NCBI GenBank assembly: GCA_964001325.1
Contig: CAXFCR010000003.1
Span: 1 to 56,118, forward strand
Source: an uncultured Gammaproteobacteria bacterium
Lineage (GTDB): Bacteria; Pseudomonadota; Gammaproteobacteria; Enterobacterales; UBA3532
Length of the DNA: 56,118 bases
Reading direction: 5' to 3'
The position numbers and the translations under genes were made by a program. The notes beneath the pieces are model-generated. The model made no database searches and had not been told where the DNA came from. It worked only from the letters and a program-made list of their open reading frames with translations. Shown here one piece after another: positions 27,701 to 42,700 of the stretch (within the stretch, counting starts at the first letter, position 1; each line of letters starts with the position of its first letter).

Positions 27701-30700
27701 TATCCGGTGAACTTAACCTTCAGCTACCATCGGTTGAAAACACACAAAGCTATGTTTTCAAAGTATATGCGTATGTCGGAGATGGCCATCACAAAGTTAC
27801 CGCTAGCGACGTTTCCGTTACTGTGTATGATAAGTTGGCCCTCCCCGATATTACCATCTCATCGCTACCGCATACGACCGCAGTTGGCTCATCCCTGAAC
27901 GCGAGTTTAGTAGTCGATGAGGGATACTGGGGTAAAATAGAAGTGTTTGATGCTCAGCGACAGCTCGTTGCTATCGGTCATCCAGATCTCTCCTGGGTTA
28001 CGCCAGATACTTCAGGCATGTATGTTGTTGCAACTATCGTTGACTCATCTGGTAATGAAAAATCGGAAGAGTATTTTATAAACGTACAGGGAGCGTGGAC
28101 GGTTACTTCTCACTCTAATGGGCAAACCTATGATCGGGTGATACCCGCTATCAATGGTGATATTTTCGCGTCAGGGCGAGAGCTAAAACTGGATACGACC
28201 AGCATCGCCATGTTTGCTTACGATATTCAGGCGATGGCGTATTACAAAAATTACCTGCTTGTCGCAACAGCAGACAGCCAGCTGCATTGGTTAGATATCA
28301 ATGCGCATTACGCCTTGGTCGCGAGTAGCGTGCTGCCAAATGTCGCTACCGATCTAGCTGTCGAAAATGAAAAAACATTGTATATCATCGATGCAAACGG
28401 TCAGCTTTATACTGCTTCCCTCCAGTCCATGCTGCTGTCAACGCCTATTGAACAGCTATTTGGGGCTGAGCAGATGGCCACCGCCCATGAAATAACCTAT
28501 GTAATCACTAATAAAGGGCTGGTTTTATATCGTAATGGCACTGAGGTTAAGCGTTACGTCGTTGAAGGGAAAGCGATGTCAGCTGCAACGTCAGGTGTTT
28601 ATATGCTCGATGTGCAAGGAAGAATACATTTCTTTAACGACGCTGGAAACAAGGTGGCGGTTTCGAATTGGGCACTGTCGGCAGAACAGATGCTACATTT
28701 TAAAGGGTTCCTGGTGTTACTCAGTGCCAAATCTGAGCAAATTCATCTTGTTGACGTTCGACAGCCTGGTCAATTCCATGCGCTCGGCTCGTTCCCTGTT
28801 GATGTTTCTTTGGCACCGGCTTCTCTTATTAATGGGAAAATAACCCAAAGTGGTCATGTTATCGAGATAGCGCCACCGTCTTTGTCTGGCACTGTCTATC
28901 AAACATCAACACCGCTAGGCGTCGTCTCAGATGCCGTATCCGCAGATGGTCAATTTATCGTTGCATCAGGCCCCTATGGTGCTGAAAGGATTTATCGGGA
29001 AGAGCTAGGGGGCTGGAAGTCAGAGGTGTATTCCGGTGCTTTTAGTCAGTCGGTGACCGATGTGGCTTATTGGGATGGGTGGCAATACCATCATGCCGAT
29101 CAAGCTAAACAGGTGTACCGTCTGAATGCAGATAACGACAAGCAAGTTATCTTCTCTGGCAACGCCTATCGTAATGTTATTGTTTCTGGCAGTGTGATTG
29201 TTGCCTGTAGTGAGCGGGTTGTCTATTTGGCCAATACCATCGACTTGGAGCCGGTATGGTCCGAAGCGCCAAATTTAAATAACGAAGAGATCACTAACTG
29301 TGTGCTGGTTGACGACACAGTGTTTGTGGCCACAAGAGCGACTAGCGCTGAATTTAATCTATGGACACTGAATACCACAGAGCCTTCGCCCCAGCCGAGT
29401 GTTATAACAAGCGTAAATAACATTGAAGGGCTGGTGTCTGATGGAAGCTATCTGTACTGGTCCAGCGGCGATGATTTACATCGTTTTTCTGTTGAGGACA
29501 ACACCACGTCTAGCGTAACAATAGATAGTGGAGTCGTACGGTCGCTGGCTTATTCTGATGGAAGGTTGTTATTTGCCAGTGGTGAAACCCCAGTTTCTAT
29601 ACATATCATGAACCCCAATGATTGGGGGATTAAAGCACCGGCCGTTCATCAGCTTGAGCAGGGTGTAGTTACGGCCTTGGCGGTATGGAAAAATCAATTA
29701 CTCATTGGGGTAGGGAGTGATGGCGTCACCATACTGGACATAGAACAATCCGATATTTCACCTGCGTGGGACAAGCCGTTCTTTAATGCAGTACATGCGC
29801 TTGGAGAAGAAGTCCCGCTTCAGTTGGCGCATTTAAATGATGTAGGTTTAGTTGATTTCTATCAAGACGGTCTACTGGTTTCGCGGATAGCGAACCCGGG
29901 TTATAACGGGTCAACACATATCCTTCCTGGAACAGTGAATGGAAGTCAGCTGGCCTATGTTGCTAAGGCACGGTTGTTGTCTGGCAGCGTTGTTGAGTTG
30001 CCAGCGAGGCATATCCTTATTGACGGAAAGAACTACCCAACAAATCAATCACTCTCGGTTGAGCTAGAGCAGAACATAGGCATACTACCCGAGCCAACAC
30101 AGGTACATGCCAATATCGGGTCTGAGCATCCAATTAAAGCCGTTCGCTGGCTGACATCGCCATCTATCGATGGCTCATTTGTTGAGCTGTCAGCCAGCTA
30201 TCAAGCGCCTTATTCGCTCGAAATCAACTGGCCCCAAGAACGGAGTGGTGAATTTATTAAGGCCATTGTTGCTGATATCTATGGAAATATTGTTGAGTCA
30301 GAACCACTCGCTATCGTGCGTGAAGGGGACGATACGCCGCCAACCGTAGGAGATTTCGTCTTAACGGGAAGCATAAAAAATAACAACCCCATCGTAGACC
30401 AGCCTTATCAAATCAGCGTTGATATAGATGACCCCGAAAGCGGTATTTCAAGTGCTTGGTTATCATACAATGGCAATGTGGTTGATAGTATCTATTCCGC
30501 AGGCTCTCTCTCTTTTGCTGTTACCAGTCCTGGGGAAGGAGAAAGTCATGAATACGTGGTTATGGCGACCAATGGTGTTGGGCAAACTGAATCAACATCT
30601 ATCACGTTAGTGATTGATACGGATATTCCTCCGGTTATTCTTTCTACCCCCATCACCCCCTCGAGTGTTGTGGAGGGTACTCATTTTGATATAACGGTCA

Positions 30701-33700
30701 TTGCTTACGACGATCATTTGGTGACAGATATTACTGTTCACTGGTTAGGGCAGGCACACCAACAGCTCATAAATGAAGCCCGTCCTTCTGCTGTATTTAC
30801 GCTTAAACACCAAGCATTTGAGCGAGTTCCACCAGAAGGGGCTGTTGAGCCTATATTTATAGATGTTACTGATTCTTCAGGCACCACCGTTACAGTAGAG
30901 AGGGTGGTCAATCTAACACGCAACCAAGCACCAACACCGGATAATATGGTTGTTGATGTGCCAAATAGCGCATTTTATAAAGAGCAAATAGGTATACGTC
31001 TTAAAGATTTTGATGCTATTGACGATGGGCCCGCATCCGAAACCATTATGCGTATCATTGCGCTTGAAGCTGGGGGAGAGCGACTTATAAAAGAATTTAA
31101 CTCCCCTGTGGATTCTGAATTAGTTGCTTTGGCCAACATGCCAGGCTCAGATGAAGGTGTCTCCGTATACCAGTTTGTGATTGAAGTGGAAGACCGGTTT
31201 GAGCAAGTGGCTCGCTCTTCTTTGTTTGAAATTGATTTATCCTTGATACCTAATGCGGTTGTCTTTGATAACACGTCTAACTCTTCGGCTAATCCTGCTG
31301 AGGTAAGGGTTGCGAAATATCGAGATGTTGAGTTAATGGTTCGTGTTACCGATGAACTATCTATGCCTATCGTTGGCCGAGAGGTTCAGTGGGTTGTAAT
31401 AGAACCAACTGGAGAGGAGAGCAGTTTAGGTACTAGTTCTACGGACAATTCAGGCGTGGCCAAGCAAAGCTTTAGCCGTGATCGCGACTTGGGAGAGTAC
31501 AAGGTCATCGCCCAATTAAGCAAGTTTAGTGCGATACGCTCCGAGCCGCATATAATAACCGTGGTTCCTGGAGACGTTGCTAGAATCTACGTTGACCGCA
31601 TTGAGGCACTGCCGCCTTTGGGTTCAACTCAGATCACGATGAGTTTTTTCGATCCAAATAACAACCCAACCGCAGAAATGCGCACGCTGGAGTTAGAGTT
31701 TAACCACGACGATTTTGTGCTGGCTGGGGAAGCTATCACCGATGAAAGTCCAAGCTCCAGCAATATAACCTACTCGATAAAACCGACAACGTCGACAATC
31801 ACATATGTAATTAATGCTCCTACTGAATCAGGCCTGTACAATTTTGAGTTTATCGATAGTCGGTATGATGACTTATATGTTTATTACGATGGAGACTATA
31901 GAACCAACGACAAAATACCTCTCGAAGTCATGACCGGCCCGCCAGCCGACTGGGCGCTAACTCTCGACAATATTGAACACTTTGAGTTTGGTAATGACTC
32001 TGTACTGGAGGTAACCGAACCCTTTACCTATGATGTCACCCTGGTTGATGAGTATGGCAACCATATATCTGAAATTGGCCCACAAGGGGCGAAAGAAAGT
32101 GCAGACTTTTCTACAACCCTCAGTGTTTCAGGAAGTGCTGTATTTGTTGATACACAGTCAAACAGCATAACGCTCGATCTGACGCAAGGTCAGGCCAGTG
32201 TCACTTTGGTTGATGAAGTCGCCGAAACTGTAACCCTTAGTCTACAAGCGACAACGCCTGAGATCGCCGATCTTACATTACCGGTTGAACAGGAAATTAC
32301 CATTAGCACGCTACCAGTAGCTATTATCGAGCAGGTATTGGTGCCTGGTGTGAACGACGAGCCAATGACCTATCGAGGTACTTATGAGTACGATGTGTCT
32401 TTGGTTGATGGTGCGACAGAAACAGGGGCTCAGTTTAAAAATCGTTATTCAAATAGTGTTTCTGGTGAATCCTGGTTAGAGGGCAATACGCTTGTCTTCA
32501 AGCCTGACTCTCCGCTTGAGGTTAATAGAAACTGTTATTATTACTATCAGATGGATACGCGAACGATTGATATCTTGGATGTAAATAATAATCCGGTATT
32601 AAAGCGTTTGGAGCCGGAAGTATGTCCGCCTGCCATTCGAGTTAAAACGACTCCTCATAACACCATTTCTAGCGGGTATGCCCACAAGTTTAAGTTTGAT
32701 CATAATATTTCAGGAGTAATTTATAACGGCCAAATTACAATCAATGGTCAAACTCAGCCATTCGACTGGGTAAGTCATAGTGTAACTCTTGATGACCTAG
32801 GCTTGGTTGAGGGGGATACCGTTCAGATATCTTTCCATGCAGAAGACAATGAAGGTAATCCATATTTATTAGCCAATACACTGGAGCTAATCTGGATTGA
32901 GCCGACTAGCGATAATGATGGTGATGGCTTAAGCAATGCACTTGAGTTGGCGTTTGGTTATAACCCATTAGACGTTGATAGTGATAAGGATACGAGTGGC
33001 AACAGGTTAGTTGATGCAGAAGGGGACTATGATGGTGATGGACTAACAAATCTGGAAGAAGTACAGCTCGGATATGCCCCTGACTCGATTGATACTGATA
33101 GAGACGGGTTGTCTGATTTGTATGAACGAGATTTTGGGCTGGATGGACTGAATCAGGATTCTGATGGTGATGGGGTGTTGGATGGCTTAGATATCGATAG
33201 CTTTGAAGACCAGAAAGGTGTCTATGTAAGCTACATATCTGAGCTGGATCCACTTCTATATTACCCTATGGATAGTGCTCATACTGAGAAGTCTCATCCT
33301 ACAAATACCCCTAGTTCTTTGTCACGTATGTACGTGTTTGATGCATCTGGGCATGGTCTACATTTGTTGAGTAATGACAATGAGGTATACAGCAGTAGCT
33401 TAACTACTCAACTAGAGGGGATTCGAGATGTTGATATCAATAAAAATGTTGAGCTGTCTGGTAGTAATGATGGCCTATCAGTGGCTATTTGGTTTAACTC
33501 GATAGTGTTTAACAAATATAATTATAGCCGCTGGTTATTTGACCTAGTTGGTGATGCTAGGCTGGTCAGTGTTGCGCTTAACGTGACGTCAGGAGAGTTA
33601 TCCATTGCTTCTGACCATTTCACCAATATGAACTATGGCTCAGGGCTAAATGATGGCACTGCGCATCACTTAGTAATAAATATCGATATCATTACAGGTA

Positions 33701-36700
33701 AATATCATATCTATATCGATGGTGCGTATGCAGGCGCTATCGAAGCTGTGGATGAGATTACCCCAATTATCACCCAGGTACGTATCGGTGGGTCTGGGCT
33801 TAGTTCGGACGATTATTATGAAACATTAGGCCACTTCCTTGTAACGGAAAGACAGCTTAGTGAGGAAGAAGTTATTAAGCAGTACCAACTAGGAAAGTTT
33901 GGTAAAACTGTAGATCCGTCGCTGGATAACGATGGTGATGGGTTGAGTAATGGTTTAGAGCTGGAGTTGGGTTACAACGAGAATAGCACTGATAGCGATA
34001 GTAATGGGGTGCTCGATGGAGATGAAGACTTTGATGGAGATGGTGTATCGAATATCGATGAACTTGCGAACAATACTGATCTCCTGCAAGTGGATACTGA
34101 TAAGGATGGTGTGAATGATGCTCTTGATCTGGCTCCAACCGATCCATTAGTCGGCGCTGAATTGCAATGGAACTCAACTGATGACTCAGTATTTGGATTA
34201 GATTCGGCATATCGGACCTACGAAGAATATAGCAGGGTTGACGCGGATATATCTGATAACACTAACGTAATAACCTTAGGGATAGCTCGTGCTTATCAAG
34301 ACTCTAGCTATAAAAACCGTGGCATAGTATCCATATTTGAAGTATTCAATGGTGTTAGAAACCAAAGCCAAATATTGGAGTTGCCTGAGTTAGCCAAAGA
34401 GCAATACTTCGGTAAAATAACCGAGGTTTCGGGAGACGGTTCAACAATCGTCGCTTCAGACTCGGCCAATAATACCAATGCTGTTTCTATATTTAATCGA
34501 ACCAATGGTAGTTGGTCGAGACAGCAAGTTATTGAGTTTCAATATTCTATAAAGTCAATCTCAATTTCAGATAACGCGGAAGTTTTGGCTGTTAGTAGTT
34601 ATAAGAGTGCAGGTGCTGAAATCTATAAGAAAAACTTGCAATCAGGCCTATATACCTTGTTGCAAGATCTTAAGATAGAAAACTTTGGTGTCTTTGATGG
34701 AAGTATTGTGCTTTCGGGCAGTGGTAATGTGTTAGCTGTGTCATCACCAAAGACTTCCCAAGAGAATGTCAATACACGTGGCGAGATCTATCTCTATCGT
34801 TTTAACGAGGTCTCTCAGGTTTATGAACAATCCGCCACTATTGCGTCCCCGGCTGAACAGAGTTACGTTAGCCTTGGTTATTGCCTGGATCTCAATTATG
34901 TTGGTGATATTTTAGCTATTTGTGCTCCAGATGAGGATGTGCATCAATTAGATAAGTTTGGTGCTGTATATATTTATGCGCAGCGCCAACCCTCTGAGCG
35001 TATAGGTAAGCGTTGGCAGAAGGTTCAAAGAATAGTTTTACCTAAAGAAGAGTTAATAACGGGATTTGCCCGCGATCTAGCTTTGTCTGGCAATGGTAAA
35101 GCCCTTGTTATTGGCGGTGCATCTGCCTCAAAAGCTTATATATTTGTTGAGGAAAAGGGTCTATGGGCATTAACGCAGAAGATTGAGCGTTGGCAAGTAA
35201 CAGACAGTGGTAGTTATTTTGGAAATAGTGTTGCTATAACCCATTCAGGGAGTGATATTGTCATTGGTGGAAATGACTTTGCTTCACATCACACCCTTTC
35301 TAGTGGTGAACTGAGCTCTTTACATACCCCCTATGGACGTTATGGCGACTATGCCAATTTGGCATTGTCTTACCCAGCACTTGGTCTATATGAATTCAAC
35401 GAAACGTCTGGTGCATTGATTCGAGATCTGTCTGGAAATGCTAATCATGGTCAATACGACACAGTTAGCCTTGCTAGCGAACCCTCTATCTTAAATGACC
35501 GCAACAAGCTTGCTCGCTTGAATGAGAGTAGCGAAATAAGTATTTCACTATCAAAGACACCACTATCAGCCACTAGTGACTGGAATCTAGGCGCTTGGTT
35601 GAAACCGGACGCGCTAACCGATCAACGATTGCTTCTGTCTATGACCTCCGAGCTGAGTGACCAAGGACTTGTTAGTTATATTTCAAAATCAGCAGATCAA
35701 GCTGCGTTGGTTGTTGCTCAGCGCAACGGTAGCGAGCTGGATACCTTATTAAGCGTTGACACTGACTGGTTGGAAGATAGCTGGGGATATGTGAGCTTAG
35801 ATTATCACCAGGGCCAGCTTTCTCTTTATTTCAACGGTGAAAAAGTGAGTAGCGCGGACTGGCAGTCACCTTTCCAGTCGTTGCAGACGTTGCAATACCA
35901 TCAGTCAGAAACCAACTTGACACCATATACCGGCGCAGTGCACTGGTTGTCACTCAATGCTAGCTCAATTGATGCTTTGGATCTAAAAGCGCTGCATCTG
36001 CTTGGCCGCTATGGAGAAATCTATAGCGAAGGACAAGACTTTGATAGCGACGGCCTAAACGATGATGTTGAGCTAGCACTGGGACTAAGCCCATACCACC
36101 CAGATTCGGATGCTGATGGTATTACTGATCCATTAGACGATATCGATCTGGATGGTTTATCAACGCAACAAGAGCTTGCCAATGGCACCGACCCAGTGTT
36201 ACTCGATACAGATAATGACGGTGTACCAGATGGCTTGGATAATGCCCCGGCCGATCCTGATGACAATAGCTTTGATTGGTCGACTGTGGTCGGTATTAAT
36301 GTTGTGGAACCGCCAGAGGTTATGGTTACCTGGGAAGAAACGTATACTCTGGATCTTCTCATTGTCTCTGAGTTTAATGGGCTAACGTTTGAAATTGACC
36401 ATCAATATATTAGTGATATCCAGCCCGTCATTGTCAGCAGCGATGAAACTGTTGCAGCTCAGTTGTTAGGGCGCGAGGTAAGTGCATTGAGTGAAGGTCA
36501 GGCCATACTCACCATCACCTTCCCAGATCAAACCAGTGTATCTTCGGACGTTTTGGTTAATGTGATGGCTTATTATGATGTTGGGGATGTTGTTTGGGAA
36601 GGCTACCATCGCTACAAAGGCCTAGTGGTTGCGGGTGATGCTGTTATCAGTTCGGGTAAAGTTATTATTGAAGGAGAGCTTCAGGTTCAAGGTAGTTTAC

Positions 36701-39700
36701 AGCTTGGAGCCGGTGAACTTCGTGCATCTAATATCACAATTGGAAATGAGCTAATCAAAGATTCTGCTGGTATTTCGACTATAGGTGTTACTGGAAGTAT
36801 CGTATTGGATGGTTCTAGTGGCACAGGCGATGTGCACTTCAAACGCGGCACGATTACTGTTCCTGAAGCAAACCGTAGTACTAAAACTTATTATCCAATT
36901 GATATTCAAACGGTAGGCAATATCTATCTGAGCTATCCTGCGACGATAGATCTTGATGATAGCGGTTATCCATACGGAGTTGCTGGGCCAGACTTCAGCA
37001 ATAGCTCTCGATACATAGGGTGTCATGCTTCGAGTCCGGGGAATGGATGCGCGTATGGTAGCTATGTATACCCATCATATCCAGGATCTGGTGGCGAAGA
37101 TTACTATGGCGGTGGCTTCATTTCACTTGATGCGGAAAATATTCAGTTATTAGGAGTAGTGACGGCAAGGGCCGAAAGTGATTCCGATGAAGGTGGAGCT
37201 GGCGGTGGAATGTATTTCAATGCACGTGACTCGATTGAAATACGCGATCTAGTAGATGTAAGTGGTGGCAGTGGTGGTCGAATAGCGGTGCATGCTAAGC
37301 ATTTTGTCAATGATTTTGGTATGCACCTAGTTGGTGTCAACAGCCCCGGCTACGGTGGGCCTGCAACGGTTTACCTCTATGAAAAAGAAAGTGATAGCCA
37401 GCAACTAATTGTATCAACCCCAGAGCGGCCAAGTTGGAATTCATATACTACGCCTATCAACTCGGTAGGCCGCCACACAATTGATAGTGTAGTAGCACAC
37501 GGCAATATGCCAAACGCTTGGGTAGTCACGTCTTTGTCTGCAACCTGGCCTGAAAGTGATGATCCAAGAGAGAAGGGAGTGCGAGGGTTGCAAGTACGAT
37601 TAGATGCGGACAACCCCGATGCGCCGCTATATAGAATCATTGATAATACAGCGACCACGCTAACCATCGAGGTGCCATCAGGTGATGTGCTTACGGCCGG
37701 AAATAGCTTAGTCGGCGTGCATCACTTCTCTAATTTAGTGGTTGAAAACGCAATAGTCGATTTTGGTGAAGACATTGTTTATGTTGAAGGCGATTATGCC
37801 TTTGCTGACCAAGATGCCGTGACTTTGGATTTAAGTAACATTCGAGGCGATGTTTATATTCAAGGTGGCCTTTCTATTACTAATGTGAACGATTTCGAGC
37901 TCCTCGCCGCTTCTAATATCACGTTCCGGGACGATATCAGTGTCGAAAATTCCAACATCCTCATGCGGGCTGATGAGTATGTTGTTGGTGGTCAGAATAT
38001 TAATCTAACCAATAGTCATATAACAGTGCCAGAAAATGATGGTTCTTATGAATATTTCGAGCTAAACCTTCTGGCGAACGGTTCAATATCCATCGATTCC
38101 TCTAGTAGTGTGGATGTATCCGGTAAGGGGACTAAATATGCTATTAAAGTTAATGGGGAGTCTATTAATAAGCCTTGCCATGGTGGTACGAATCAATCAA
38201 ATATTGATTGTAGCTATGATGACTTACACCACGTGCTTTATTCGGGAAATTATTTAGGTGGAGGTTACACTTCCTTATATGCTGACACTATTATTTTGGA
38301 CGGAATCATTGATGCCTCGGCAGAACCCGTCGGTTCTGGTGGTGGTGTGCATATCGAAGCGTCAAGCTTAACTGGTAGTGGGAGTATTGATGCGTCAGCC
38401 GGTAACACCACCGATTCGAGCAGCAGGCCCGCAGGCGGTGGTAGGGTTAGTATCCATGCTCAATCCTGGGCTCCGCATTTTGAAACGGCGGTTTCCGTTA
38501 ATGGTTCGCATGGTTCTTTGATTGGCGGTGCGGGGACGCTTTATTTTAGGGAGCTGGATGCAAACGGAGCCTTTGTTAGCGATAAATTGATTGTTGATAA
38601 CGGAGGTGAACCTGCTCCTGAGGCAACCACCTTCTTACCATCCATAGGTATTCGGGCCATTAGCAGCGTGGTTGCTCACCCTGAATTAGCTAACCACTTT
38701 GTTGTTTATTTGGATTTGGAAAATGAAAATAACTATGCTGTAAGGGAGTCCTCTCTGCTTCCACTTGCTTTCGGTATTAGTGAGTTGATCGAGGTTGATT
38801 TGGATCTTGATAATCCAGGGCCTTTGTATCAAGTAGTTGATAATACCGAAGACACCATCACTATCCGTTCTAATAGCAGCGATCTTCCAGCCTGGGGTCA
38901 ACGACTACAGGGGGTTCAGTATCAGGACAAGTTAGTCAACGTGGACATACGTGCAGGAGCTAACCTGACCTGGTTGCATGATCAGATTGCAACGAAAGGG
39001 CAACTGAGTCTTTCAGATGGCCAAGAACATGAACTGTATTTAGATGGTGCTGGAGAAGTTCATGTTTCTAATGGAACCTCGGTGACTATTAGAGTGGAAG
39101 GGAGTTTTCAGGCAGGCCAGATAACAGTTACAGACAATTCAACCCTAACCTTGGCTGTTCCAGGAATTATAGAGGTGGACGGCTCTGTAATAGTCTCTGG
39201 AGGTGCAACGATTACGGTACTGGACTATCAAGGGGATAGTCCATACCCATTGCGAATCCATTCAGGTGGCGATATTACGATTGACGAATCTTCGCGTTTT
39301 GACTTAGTTGGTAAAGGCTACAAAGCAAATCGTAGCCCTACTAGAGATGGTTCGCAGTCTGGTGTGTATGGGTGTCATGGGGGGATTTCATCTTATGCCA
39401 CATACTCTTGCAGTTACGGCTCATATTATCGCTCAACCCAACCTGGTAGTGGTGGCGGCCACACGAACTATTCTTATTACGATGGGGGATACCCGACCAG
39501 AACACCCTTCGAGCGAGGAGGAGGGTTTGTCGAGCTTATAGCCAACAACGTTCAAGTAGCTGGCGTTATTGATGCCTCAGCCATGCCTTTGTCTATGGGC
39601 CGCGATTCAGGTAATACCGGTGCTGGTGGTGGTGTGCATATCGAAACGCAACAGCTATCAGGCAGTGGAACGATTCTCGCCAATGGTGGAGACAGTGATG

Positions 39701-42700
39701 GCCAAGATAGCGAAAGCATTGGTGGTGGGGGACGAATCAGTATTCATGCTGCTAGTTGGGATATTCATTTCGAGTCCAATGCCCATGCTTATTCTGGTCG
39801 CGTGTTTGATCAGACCTCAGCACTGCAACCTGGAGCAGGCACTGTTTATTTCTTAAATACCGCGACTGGTGAAGATAAGTTGATTTTGGATAATGGAGGC
39901 CAGCCCGCATTTGAAGGATCCACTCCATACCCCTTCCTAGATAGCCCGGGAAATGGAGCCCCATATCCTGATGCTTTTGAAGGACAGCAGCGCTGGCACA
40001 TACCGCAAACCTATTGCTGTATAGAAAGAAATATTATCCCGATTGGTATCCTGGTCGATGTTAGCTCCGCTGAAAGCTTGAGTCCGTTATACACCTTGCT
40101 GGGTGCACAAAATAATGCTTGGGTTATTGATGCCCCCTTAACTGAGCCGCCAAATACCGAAGGGAGAGTCATCGGTGTATACGATACCCAGTCTCCACCT
40201 TCGGCGATAGTTAATGGACGTATTACAGGTGGAGCATCTCTTGGTTTTGGAGGGACTCGACTTATTTATCCAAACCTAGCTGCGACTAACCAATCACTGA
40301 GTATTAATGCAACAGAGGTACAGGTTACTGGCGATATTAGTGTCACGCAAAGTGGAGAGCTGGAACTGCAGGCAGACCAAGTCTTCGTTGATGGGGATAT
40401 AGTCGTGACAGAGGATGCATCATTGACGCTATCAACTGATAGCGTGATTGCTCTGGGTAGTATAAATATCTCCAATAACTCAAAGCTAACGCCTTCCTCA
40501 GATCGAACATTGAAGTTGGAAGTGGGGCACGATTTTTATCTCGACGAATCATCTATGGTTGATCTTGTTGGTAAGGGAGCTAATTACACCAGCCATTATA
40601 GTGAGACAGATTATGGGTGTAATGGTGGCACGAATCATTTAGGTTATAGAGCTTGTGTCGTTTCAAATGCATTCTGGCCAGCCTATGTCGGAGGAGCGGG
40701 GAATAGCGAGGGCGCCAATTCTGGAGGGTGGTTAGAGTTAATTGCAGTTAATGCTGTAATAAATGGATATATCGATGCTTCTGGTATTGGAAGCCCTCAG
40801 GGGGATGGTATTCCTGGCGCGGGAGGAACCATTTTGATCAACGCTCAAGCTCTTACGGGCTCTGGAAAGATAAAAGCGAATGCTGGTCCAACAACTGATG
40901 CAATGGCCGCCGGTGGTGGCCGAATAGCAGTAAAAGCAGATGATCGGAGCAATGATACAATTGATTATCAAGCTTATCCTACGCTAAATGGCACCCCTGC
41001 TGGGGCCGGGACGGTTTATCGAGTTGACCGAGAATTGGGGAGTGTTGGCACTCTGTATGTTCATTCGCCGGAGGCTACCCTGGCTAACTCAACCCACGTC
41101 AATCTGGGAGAATTAGGAAAGCCCTATTTCTATGGCCGTTTGGATTCAATAGAGCAACCCTCACCAGGCATTTGGCGACTCCAATTTAATTGGTTTAGCT
41201 TTAATAACTATGATTTCCAACCCTTGTTTGTTGATGTTAATTCAGCTAGCGATACGCCAGTGATTTATAAAGTCGCCAATATTCATGAAGATGAACGCTG
41301 GTTAGAAATTGAAACGACGGATGATCTCTCTGGGCTGGTATTCGATACGTGGGTTGAATCGGTATATGTCTTGGATGCTATCCAAGTATCAGGATTCGCT
41401 TCAGTGAGTTTATCGCACCCTACTGCCTTGCTCGATACGGCATCGTCGTATATTGACCCAGATGCTAGCTTGTTTGTTGATGGACGCGAGGTATTGCAAA
41501 TCAACAGCAACGGCCTATGCCTTGAGCAAAGCTGTGTAACGACGAGTGCCAGTGCGAGCGCAGTGGAAGAGACTAAGGAAAGCCATGAAGCAGCTGGTTT
41601 AGTTGCTGACGAAAGCACCACCTGGAAAGGGGATACCTATACATTTGAGCAAGCAGAGTTCATACCAGGGAATGTGATCCTGCAAGATAGTCAAGTCTCT
41701 TCACCTGAAATCATCGAGATCGAAGGGGCGCTTACCCTGGTTGGTGGCGTTTCACAAATTAAGGCCAAGCAGCTCATAGTGCACGGTGATGTTATTTTAA
41801 ATAACGCTAGTCTCCTTAACTTGGACTTGGTGGCAGGCATGCATGTTAAGGGTAGTAATGGACTACGTATCATTGACAACTCGATACTATCGGTGCCACA
41901 AGCGCGAATTCTGCCGCTTAAACGCCTAAGTCCGCTGTATATCGAAGTAGACAACACCATTGATATTAGCAACGACTCGATGATTCATGTTGATAGCAAG
42001 GGCTATCCGGGCGGTTATGCTGGACCTGAATTTACCAAACATCACGGAACGAACATTGGTTGTCACGTTGGCGTGGCCGATTTCATGTTAAAAGAATGTG
42101 TTTATGATGACTATCGCAAGCCGGTGTTTGCTGGAAGTGGTGGTGAACGTGTTGCTGGTGGTGGAACGATTAATATTAAAGCGAATGCCCTGCTTCATCA
42201 CGGACGCATATCCGCTAATGGCGCTATGGCGGAGCAAAATGACTATCCCGGCGCGGGTGGAGCGATATACTTGGATATTGGCACCTATCAAGGTACAGGA
42301 AGTATACTGGCAAATGCCGGGCGCTCTGGCGGATCGGTTGGTAGTTCTGGAGGGGCTGTGTCTTTAGTGGTCGACCAATTGATTGATACGCCATTTATTG
42401 AGGCGATAGCCAGTGAAGGTGGTAGTTTTGCGGGTACGGGAACCGTTTGGATCCGTGAAAGTAATAGCGATGGCAAGTTGATTGCTGATGCTGCAAATCC
42501 TGCTGCAACAGCGAGCACCTTGCTCCGACATGTGGGGCAGCACCAAGTATCACGGGTGTATCAAGATCAGAAGCATCCCAACCGGTGGTATGTGGAAGTG
42601 AATGGTGTGGCTTGGCAGGCAAGCAATGAGAGTAGTCGCCTTGGGGTCGCTGGTTTGTTGGTAGATTTTGACCTGCTGGATGATGATAGCCCGTTATATA

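Noticed and set aside
19051-37851. RGD tripeptides in the giant protein (19051, 37843)
   Set aside because: A few are expected by chance in 14,000 residues, and nothing in the context supports integrin binding.
36570-42460. Gly-rich repeats read as RTX (T1SS) or autotransporter passenger repeats
   Set aside because: No GGxGxDxL nonapeptides and no C-terminal beta-barrel signature are present.
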